Assembly (NCBI GenBank): GCA_041694815.1
Contig: JBGFSC010000051.1
Coordinates: 1 to 24,934 of the forward strand
Source of the DNA: Elusimicrobiota bacterium
Lineage (GTDB): Bacteria > Elusimicrobiota > Elusimicrobia > UBA1565 > JACRDR01
Length of the DNA stretch: 24,934 nucleotides
Reading direction: 5' to 3'
Positions 8,652-15,255 of the stretch are shown here, piece after piece. The number at the start of each line of letters is the position of its first letter. Position 1 is the first letter of the stretch. The notes under the pieces are model-generated. The model did no database searches. It was given only the letters and a program-made list of their open reading frames with translations, and was not told where the DNA came from. A program made the position numbers and the translations under genes.

Positions 8652-9250
8652 TTCTTCTTGAAGGTCATGACCTCGTCGATGATCCCGTAGGACTTGGCCT
8701 CGGCTGCGGACATGTAGTAATTGCGTTCCATGTCCTCGCGTAGCTTGTCCGCCTTCTGGCCCGTGTGCTTGGAGAGGATGCCGATGAGCTTTTCCTTCGT
8801 GAGGTTCATCTCCTTGGCCTCGATCTCGATGTCCGTGGCCTGCCCGCCGAGGCCGCCGTAGATGAGCGGTTGGTGGATCATGACTCGGGCATACGGGAGG
8901 GCGTAGCGGCGCCCCTTGGTTCCCGCCGCCAGGAGCACGGCGCCGAAGGACATGGCCATGCCGATGCAGATTGTGGTGATTGGCGACTTGACATACTGCA
9001 TGGTGTCGTAGACCGCCAGCCCGGCCGAGACCATCCCGCCGGGGGAATTGATGTAGAGGTTGATGTCGCGGTCATTGTCCTCCGCGTCTAAGTAGAGCAG
9101 TTGGGCGATAATGAGATTGGCGGAGTCAGTGGTCACGGCGCCGTCTTGGCCGCCGACGAAGATGATGCGGTCCTTGAGCAGCCGCGAATAGATGTCGTAG
9201 CCGATGGCCGCGCCCTGGTTCCAGCGTTCGAGTATCGTAGGGATAATCAT
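8648..9250 (-). CDS. clpP: ATP-dependent Clp protease proteolytic subunit (variant triad Ser-His-Asn)
   Basis: [41 protein letters not shown] (Ser), MIHQP (His), ERNYYMS. Confidence 0.97.
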   Translation of the reverse strand: MIIPTILERWNQGAAIGYDIYSRLLKDRIIFVGGQDGAVTTDSANLIIAQLLYLDAEDNDRDINLYINSPGGMVSAGLAVYDTMQYVKSPITTICIGMAMSFGAVLLAAGTKGRRYALPYARVMIHQPLIYGGLGGQATDIEIEAKEMNLTKEKLIGILSKHTGQKADKLREDMERNYYMSAAEAKSYGIIDEVMTFKKK

Positions 9251-9256
9251 TTTTTT

Positions 9257-9265
9257 ATTATAGCA
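9257..9265 (-). promoter_or_regulatory. Extended -10 promoter for clpP (leaderless)
   Basis: The minus strand reads TGcTATAAT-AAAAAA-ATG; there is no SD between tig and clpP. Confidence 0.7.
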
Positions 9266-9274
9266 AAGCCCGCG

Positions 9275-10552
9275 TCACTGCTTGGCGACGGCGGCGTTTG
9301 CCTTGACTAAGGCCATTACCTTGCGCTCGCGCAGTAGGCCGCGAATCTCCTCCTTGCGTTCCTCGAATATCCGGCGCAGGCCCTTGCGCTGCTCCTCCGA
9401 GGCCCCTTCCGGTAGGCTTTTCTGGAGCTCCGCCTCAACGTCGGAGTCCGCGACCTCGATCTTTTCGGCCGTAGCGATCGCCTCTAGCAGGAAGGAGAGC
9501 CGGACCTCCGCCTCGGCGCGGGGGGCCAGTTTTTCCTCGAGCTTTTTACGCTCGGCTTCGGGCAGCTCCGCCTTGGGGCCGATCCATTGCTCCTGTACCC
9601 GCTGCGCGAGGCGCTGGAGTTGGTGCTCCACCAGGGACGGGGGCACGGGGAAGGGATTGGCCTTGAGCAGCGCCTCCTCCAGTTGCAGGGCGAGATCTCG
9701 CTCCGCCTTTTGCCGTCCCTCGCGCTCAATAAGTTCCCGGAGATTCTTCTTGAGTTCCTCGAGGGTCTCGAAGCCCAGGTCTTTCGCGAAGGCGTCGTCG
9801 AGCGGAGGCAGCGCCTTCGACTTGATCTCCTTGACCGTGACGCGGAGACTCATGTCCCGCTGGCCCGCCTTCACCGCGACGTCGCGGGTCTCGCCGCGCT
9901 TGGCCCCGAGCAGCCCCTCCACGAGGCCTTCGAGCGTTTGGGGAGAGGATAGGTCGATAAGTTCATCGGAGCCTCGGCTCTCCTTGAGCGCCTTGCCGCC
10001 AGCGAAACCCTGGTAATCGACGACGAGATAATGCTCCTTTTGGGCGGCCTCCCCCGAAAAGGACTCCAGCCGGGCGTTGCCTTCCCGTAACTCCGCCAAG
10101 CGCTTGGAGAGCTCCTCATCGGTGGCCGGGTAGGACTTCTCGACGACGGGCAGCTTCTTGTAATTCTTGAGCTCGAACTTGGGGGCGCACTCAACATCGA
10201 CCTGGAAGACCAGGGGCTGGTCGTCCTCCATGCGCACCGCGTGCACGGCCGGTGAGACCACCGGCTTAAGCTTGGCTTCCTGCACCGCTTCGGGAACCGA
10301 CTTCTGTATCAGTTGGTGCAGGACGCGTTCCTTGGCCTCCTGCGCGAACTGTTTTTGGATCAGGGGCAAGGGGGCCTTGCCAGCGCGGAATCCTGGGAGG
10401 CGGGCCTGCGTCTGGATCTGCAGCCATACGTTATGAGTCGTCTCTTGGACTCGGGAGGTGGGGACTTGAACCTCCAGGGTGCTGAGGCAGCCCTCCTCCT
10501 TGAGCTTCTTGACCTTCAGTTTGTCCTTATTGGAAAGTATTCCTGCGAACAT
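9275..10552 (-). CDS. tig: Trigger factor
   Basis: Ribosome-binding signature LPGFRAGKAP, FKBP-like middle region, LP.LDDAFAK; position between tRNA-Leu and clpP; SD GAGG upstream. Confidence 0.95.
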   Translation of the reverse strand: MFAGILSNKDKLKVKKLKEEGCLSTLEVQVPTSRVQETTHNVWLQIQTQARLPGFRAGKAPLPLIQKQFAQEAKERVLHQLIQKSVPEAVQEAKLKPVVSPAVHAVRMEDDQPLVFQVDVECAPKFELKNYKKLPVVEKSYPATDEELSKRLAELREGNARLESFSGEAAQKEHYLVVDYQGFAGGKALKESRGSDELIDLSSPQTLEGLVEGLLGAKRGETRDVAVKAGQRDMSLRVTVKEIKSKALPPLDDAFAKDLGFETLEELKKNLRELIEREGRQKAERDLALQLEEALLKANPFPVPPSLVEHQLQRLAQRVQEQWIGPKAELPEAERKKLEEKLAPRAEAEVRLSFLLEAIATAEKIEVADSDVEAELQKSLPEGASEEQRKGLRRIFEERKEEIRGLLRERKVMALVKANAAVAKQ

Positions 10553-10574
10553 GGCGTCCTCTCGAGTTAAGATT

Positions 10575-10657
10575 TGGACGGGGAGGGATTTGAACCCTCA
10601 CACCCTCGCGGGTACAAGGTCCTAAGCCTTGCGCGTCTGCCGTTCCGCCACCCGTCC
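10575..10657 (-). tRNA. tRNA-Leu (anticodon TAG), CCA not encoded
   Basis: GGACGGG/CCCGTCC acceptor stem plus discriminator A, D-arm TGGCGGAACGGCAGACGC, CAAGG-CTTAGGA-CCTTG anticodon arm, long variable arm, GAGGG-TTCAAAT-CCCTC T-arm. Confidence 0.97.
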
Positions 10658-10672
10658 CCCTTTGGCTCCCGC

Positions 10673-11320
10673 TCAGCTCGAGGGTTTGACCGGCGGGGCG
10701 TCGGCCGGTTTCGCCGCGGGCTTCTCGTCCTTGGCAGGTGCCTTTTCGACGCGCGCGTCGGCCGGCAGCTCCGGGACCGAGAAGGATTCGAGCGTCTCGA
10801 ACATCAGCTTGGCCCCTTGCGCGAATTCGACATTGAGCTTGCCTCCCAAAATGGAGGCCGCCGTGCTCGCCGCCGCGCCGGCGCCGGCCCCGATAACCGC
10901 TCCCTCCTTGCCTCCGAAGAGCACCCCGTAAAGCGCTCCCTGCATCGCCCCCAAAAAGGAGGACCCCCAATGCTTGCCGCCGTGCCCCTCGCCGCTGTAG
11001 GAGAGGGTATCCGTCTTGATCTCGTAGGAACGGCCGTCAAGCTCAACGGTTTGCAGCACCAAGGTTAGCTTGGCCTTCCCCTTGATCCTGCCGGAGGGCA
11101 CCACCTCGGGCAGGACCCCGCGCACGGTGGTCCCGGGAGGGACGACTACCTGGCCGCGCAGCCAAACCCCCTCCTCGATCTTCGCCCGGAAAACATCTCC
11201 AGGCTTGTTCTTGCCCGAGCTGAGCGGGTCGACCAACTCGACGGTTAGGACCGTCCCCCGTGGCACTTCCACCAGGGTTTCCTTGGTCGGCTTGGCTCCC
11301 AGCAGGCAAAGCGAGATCAA
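10673..11320 (-). CDS. VirB10/TrbI-like beta-domain protein with glycine zipper; start uncertain (ATG 11410, TTG 11320 or GTG 11272)
   Basis: VPRGT.L.V.L...LSS.....GD.F.A, VVVP.GT.V.G, GRIKGKA.L.L, a GAVIGAGAGAA glycine zipper, and a Pro/Ala/Lys-rich tail. Confidence 0.8.
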   Translation of the reverse strand: MISLCLLGAKPTKETLVEVPRGTVLTVELVDPLSSGKNKPGDVFRAKIEEGVWLRGQVVVPPGTTVRGVLPEVVPSGRIKGKAKLTLVLQTVELDGRSYEIKTDTLSYSGEGHGGKHWGSSFLGAMQGALYGVLFGGKEGAVIGAGAGAAASTAASILGGKLNVEFAQGAKLMFETLESFSVPELPADARVEKAPAKDEKPAAKPADAPPVKPSS

Positions 11321-11322
11321 TA

Positions 11323-11394
11323 TGGGCCATACAGGATTCGAACCTGTAACCTTGCGCTTAAGAGGCGCCTGCTCTACCGTTGAGCTAATGGCCC
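11323..11394 (-). tRNA. tRNA-Lys (anticodon CTT), CCA not encoded
   Basis: GGGCCAT/ATGGCCC acceptor stem plus discriminator A, TAGCTCAACGGTAGAGC D-arm, anticodon loop CTCTTAA, ACAGG-TTCGAAT-CCTGT T-arm. Confidence 0.96.
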
Positions 11395-11408
11395 GGCGAT
11401 GGTCGCGC

Positions 11409-11437
11409 ATCCTTAGTAAGACCCTTCATGATATCAA
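11409..11437 (-). promoter_or_regulatory. Candidate promoter for the tRNA-Lys operon
   Basis: TTGATA (11437-11432), N17, AAGGAT (11414-11409), followed by a GC-rich discriminator-like GCGCGAC. The -10 match is weak. Confidence 0.35.
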
Positions 11438-11451
11438 ATAACGAAATACAA

Positions 11452-11480
11452 TTGACAGTTTCGGCGTCGGGGGGTATACT
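11452..11480 (+). promoter_or_regulatory. Near-consensus sigma70 promoter for the CBS gene (leaderless)
   Basis: TTGACA (11452-11457), 17 nt, TATACT (11475-11480), 6 nt, ATG (11487). Confidence 0.85.
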
Positions 11481-11486
11481 CAGGCC

Positions 11487-11900
11487 ATGAAATCCCAGGC
11501 GGCCGGGCTCATGAAAACGCCTGTCGCGGTGCCTCCCGAGACCTTGGTGACCGAGGTCGCGCGGCTCATGAAGAAGTCCAATATCGGCTCGGTGCTGGTG
11601 GGCGACCCCAAGCGGCCGGCGGGCATCTTCACGGAGCGTGATGTGTGCCGCCGCGTCATCGCGGAGGGATTGGACCCCGCCAAGACGCCCGTCGGCGAGG
11701 TCATGAGTAAGAAACTCGTCACCGTTGACGCCTCGGAGCCGTTGGATAAGATATTCGATTGCCTCGCCAAGGGGCAATTCCGACACGTGCCGATTACCGA
11801 GGGCAAGGAGGTGGTGGGCATCGTATCCCTTACGGACCTCGCCTACGTGTTCCGGGAGATGTACAAGGACGAGAAGTTCCTCGAGAACTTCACCGATTAG
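11487..11900 (+). CDS. CBS domain pair protein
   Basis: LM...V.V.P...V.EVA.LM....IGSVLV, GIFTERD, V.EVMS..LVTV, FRHVPI......VGIVSL.DL. Confidence 0.93.
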   Translation: MKSQAAGLMKTPVAVPPETLVTEVARLMKKSNIGSVLVGDPKRPAGIFTERDVCRRVIAEGLDPAKTPVGEVMSKKLVTVDASEPLDKIFDCLAKGQFRHVPITEGKEVVGIVSLTDLAYVFREMYKDEKFLENFTD

Positions 11901-13352
11901 AGATTATAGTCTAACAGGAACTCCTTCTTGCGCTCCAGGGCCGCCGCCATTGTCGCGAGCGTCGGCCGCGGGTCGAGGGTCGAAGCGATCGAGCGCTTAA
12001 AGCCCGTCGCCGTTTCGTTCATTTCGGCCAGGTCGAGCACCGCCGGCGGCGCCTCCTCTTGCGAGTCGGCCCCGGCTGGAGAGGGTTCCTCGAATAGAAA
12101 GACCTTCGGCCTCGAGGCGCTGGCTGGATTGGGCTTGACGACCAGGGCCCGCCTGCCGTCGTCAAGCCGGACCAGCGAGCCGACCGGGTAAAACCCGACG
12201 CAATTGACCAAGCATTTGACCAGGGCGGCGTCGTGCTCGCGCCCGCGCCGATTGATCAGCCTGCATAAGATGCGGTCCGGCCGGTGTTTTTTCCAGTAAT
12301 ACTTGTCGCTGATGCGCGCCAAGTCGTACGCATCGGCCAAGGCCAATATCTTGTGGAAAATGTCCGGCCGGTAGGAGTTTGTCTCGCCGCCGACGGCCGG
12401 GGCATGGTGTCGCGCCGCCAGGACGGCCATCGGAATGGGAGTCGGCTGGTGGCGCAGAAGCAGCAGCCCGCTCCAGAGGGGATGTTGCGCGACGACGGCC
12501 CGGTCCGAGGCGCTCAAGGGGCTGTGGTCCTGCGTCCATTCGGGTGGGATCGTGATCCGGCCTAGGTCGTGCAGGAAGGCCGCGGCAGCAAGCGCGCCGA
12601 TCTGCCCGGAATTCAATCCCACCATGTCGCCCAATGCGCTGCAGAGTACCGCGACGTTGACGCTATGGGCGGCGTGCTCGTCCTTGCCTTGTCCCAACAG
12701 CGGCAGCAGTAGGAAGGGGGCGCAGCCCTTGTTGCGTATGGTGGCGATCATGTCGTCGATGACCCTGTAGAGCGTCGTCAGGTCTGCCTCCGGATTGTCG
12801 CGAAGCGCCGCCTGCGCGGCTTCAAGGGTGTCCATCGCCTTTTGATACCAATCTAGCAGAGTCTTTTTTTTTCGCCAGTTTCGAGCGGCTTGCCGCGTCG
12901 TCGACTTCGGCCTCGACGATGTGGATGGTGGGTATCTGCGCCTTTTCCAGCAGTTGCGCCGGGTGCTCGGTACTAGGCTTGAACGCCTCGGCGTTGAGTA
13001 TCTGTAGGAAACGGGTGATTTGCTCGATCGTCAGTCCCTTCATTAGGGTCAGGTATTTGACGCGGCAGCGGTTAAACCGGTCGACGAGCACCTGGTTGTT
13101 GGCGGTCTCCTCGATTGACATCGCTCCCTCGATATAGAGGAGCTCGTCCATGAACCCGAAGCCGATGTCCCCTTGCTCCTCGAGTATGGGTAGTAGGGTT
13201 TCGTGGAATCGTTTGATGACCGAGATCACCTCGCCGTGGGTCGGCGGGTAAAGCTTAATGCTGTTGAAGGCGAAATTGAGAAGCCGTAGGGCTTCGATCA
13301 TCTGGTTCCAGCGTTCGTTGTCGGCCCTGGATTTGCGCACCCGCCGCGCCAT
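11897..13352 (-). pseudogene. HD-GYP-like protein split by a frameshift at an A9 tract (12864-12872): N-part 12822-13352, C-part 11897-12835
   Basis: The N-part starts at ATG 13352 (TAATG overlap with the HEAT gene stop, SD AAGGAG). Removing one A from GCG AAA AAA AAA GAC gives AKKKTLLDWYQKAMDTL, joining the HD part (HSVNV, LHDLGR, QHP, HH, ADAYD, GFYPVGSLVRL). Confidence 0.8.
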
Positions 13353-15088
13353 TATTTTCTCTCCTTCCCGATTGCTTCCAGCGACTTGCGGGCCGCCAGG
13401 CGCAGGTCCTTGTTGGCTCCGCTGAGAATCTCGTACCAGCTGCGGCGGGCGACTTCCTTGAGCAGTCGCACGGACTCTTGGGAGGGAAAGCGCCCGAGCG
13501 CGCGGACCAGGGCCAGTTTGCATTGGGGGTTCGTCGTTCGGCGGAAGGCGGCGACGAGCCTTTCTCCGACCTGGGGATCGTTGATGAGCGAGAGGGCGAT
13601 GACCGCGCGGTCGATTTCGTCGGCCTCCGCATGGCCGGGTCGAGCCACGAACTCTCCCAAGGCGTCGATGGCGGTGGTTCCACCGGCCTTGGCCAAGAAA
13701 CGCGTGGCGGCTTCTCGGACCTTGCGGTGTTCGTGCTTGAGCAGGGCCGCGATCGGTCCGAGGTTTTTCATCGAGCCCATTTCACCGAGTATGCCGACGA
13801 CATTGGTGACCAGAAACCAGTCTGGGTCCTTGAGAGCCTGCGCGAGATGGGCTTCTCCATAGGCCTTGCCCAAGGCGGCCAACAACGAGCATAGCCTTTG
13901 CCGGGCGCTTTGGTCTTGCGTGTTGCGCAGTTGCTCGAGCAGCAATGGGAGCATGTCTTCTCCCATGTATAGCGCGAAAGGTAAAAAAGAGGAGGAGTCG
14001 CTGCCGCGACCCAGATAGTCGGCGATATGGGACGCCAGTGCGGGGCCGAGCAACTTTTCCTGAATCCCATTTTTGAGCAACGCGGCGTTAGGGGGATCGG
14101 AGGATTCCATCGCCTGCCAGCGGCCGTATTCCTTGAGCAGGGAGGGAATGTCCCCGTCGCGCGCCAGTTCGGAGAGCAGGCGCACGTAGGCGAAGATGGC
14201 GTATTTCTTCTGGCTGGGCACGGCGGGAGAATCAAGGACCGGGCTCAGCCACTCGAAGGCGTGGGCGACGGAATCTTTTTTTTCATGATGATGATGATTC
14301 TTCAGGGCGGCGGCGTCAGATTTGTCGAGGATGCTCGCCCAGGAGATGAGGTCCATGCGCGAGAGGAATTCCTCGAAGCGTTGGCGGATACGCGGGTCGT
14401 AGAAGGACCAGGGCATCGAGGCGACGAAGTCCTCGACCGGCAGCTCTCGGTAAAGTAGGGAGTCGAGTAAGTCGCCGATACGTTCGGCGTCCTTTCCGGA
14501 GAGATCCTCGTTCTGCTTGAGCAGCAGGGACAGGAAATCCGGGAGGGTCGCGGCCGAGATGAAGGCGAGTATTTGCTCCTCGCTGAGCTGCCCGGGAATC
14601 TGCTTCTTCTCCTCCGTTTCGCCGGTCACCACGAAGCTGAGGATGAAGACCATCTGGAGGCCGTCGATATGCACGTTTTGAACGGCTTTCTGGAGATCGG
14701 TCAGGGTATTCTTTTCATCGGGCTTCGCGATCAGGATGCGAAAGAACTCGCGCATTCCTTCCGGCGTGATGCGGTTCGAGAATACGACCTGGCCGATACC
14801 GAGCGTATGCAGGGCCGAAGCGAAGGCGACGACCTCCGCCGTCTCGCCCAAAGGGGCCTCCTCCACCAGCACCGTCTTGGCCTTGACCTCCAGCGTCAGG
14901 TTCGATTCCTGGCCCAATGTCTTCTGGAGCAACTGGGTCATGCGTTGGGCAATGGCCGCGATGGACGGATGCCCATCCTTATAAAGACCGGCGGTCTTGG
15001 CGCTGGTGACCAACGAGTTAAGAAAGGCGCTCACCGCCGTCTTTTTTTGAAGCAGGGCCGGATTATATTGTTCGACCGGTTCGGACAT
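13352..15088 (-). CDS. HEAT/PBS-lyase repeat protein
   Basis: 578 aa; LKDPDWFLVTNVVGILGEMG, LLKHEHRKVREAA..LA, CKLALVRALG, LRLAARKSL repeats; N-terminal LYxxxHP domain. Confidence 0.88.
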   Translation of the reverse strand: MSEPVEQYNPALLQKKTAVSAFLNSLVTSAKTAGLYKDGHPSIAAIAQRMTQLLQKTLGQESNLTLEVKAKTVLVEEAPLGETAEVVAFASALHTLGIGQVVFSNRITPEGMREFFRILIAKPDEKNTLTDLQKAVQNVHIDGLQMVFILSFVVTGETEEKKQIPGQLSEEQILAFISAATLPDFLSLLLKQNEDLSGKDAERIGDLLDSLLYRELPVEDFVASMPWSFYDPRIRQRFEEFLSRMDLISWASILDKSDAAALKNHHHHEKKDSVAHAFEWLSPVLDSPAVPSQKKYAIFAYVRLLSELARDGDIPSLLKEYGRWQAMESSDPPNAALLKNGIQEKLLGPALASHIADYLGRGSDSSSFLPFALYMGEDMLPLLLEQLRNTQDQSARQRLCSLLAALGKAYGEAHLAQALKDPDWFLVTNVVGILGEMGSMKNLGPIAALLKHEHRKVREAATRFLAKAGGTTAIDALGEFVARPGHAEADEIDRAVIALSLINDPQVGERLVAAFRRTTNPQCKLALVRALGRFPSQESVRLLKEVARRSWYEILSGANKDLRLAARKSLEAIGKERK

Positions 15089-15113
15089 GCGGGTTGTGAC
15101 GGGCGCGTGACGC

Positions 15114-15142
15114 AGTATAGCAGCAGTTCGAAACCCGTGCCA
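15114..15142 (-). promoter_or_regulatory. Candidate promoter for the HEAT/HD-GYP operon
   Basis: Extended -10 TGcTATACT (TATACT at 15119-15114), with TGGCAC 17 nt upstream. Confidence 0.5.
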
Positions 15143-15169
15143 GGCGTTTGGCTGTTAACAATTTAGTCA

Positions 15170-15198
15170 TTGATTTCCTGTCAGGCCGCCTTTATACT
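15170..15198 (+). promoter_or_regulatory. Sigma70-like promoter for the GYF_2 gene
   Basis: TTGATT (15170-15175), 17 nt, TATACT (15193-15198); SD GGAG upstream of ATG 15256. Confidence 0.6.
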
Positions 15199-15255
15199 TT
15201 TGCGGCGCCGAGGAATGCGCCCTAGATCGCAGTCGCTTATTTTGGAGAGACGCTC

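Noticed and set aside
3471..10016. Long plus-strand ORFs (e.g. 4320..5159, 6663..7838, 9282..10016)
   Set aside because: Antisense shadows of well-supported genes, expected in high-GC DNA, with no recognisable motifs.
10527..11068. ORFs 10527..10970 (-) and 10574..11068 (+) spanning tRNA-Leu
   Set aside because: Off-frame or antisense to the VirB10-like gene and the tRNA; composition is not protein-like.
11340..11372. G.A mismatch at the top of the tRNA-Lys anticodon stem as a sign of a pseudo-tRNA
   Set aside because: All other arms are canonical, and 27-43 mismatches are tolerated.
10575..11394. tRNAs as prophage or island integration sites
   Set aside because: No integrase and no duplicated tRNA 3' end seen in the window.
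12863..12872. A_AAA_AAG as a programmed -1 ribosomal frameshift
   Set aside because: Joining the two halves needs a +1 shift (loss of one A), so -1 frameshifting does not explain it.
13353..13523. N-terminal extension of ORF 12822..13523
   Set aside because: It lies inside the HEAT gene; ATG 13352 has an SD and a TAATG overlap.
14284..14297. HHHH run in the HEAT protein (and GHGHSH in the PilG-like protein) as metal sites
   Set aside because: Too short to support without conservation data.
15125..15143. Sigma54-like TGGCACG-N4-TCGA on the minus strand
   Set aside because: The -12 element lacks the TTGC/GC consensus, and the same bases fit as the -35 of a sigma70 promoter.
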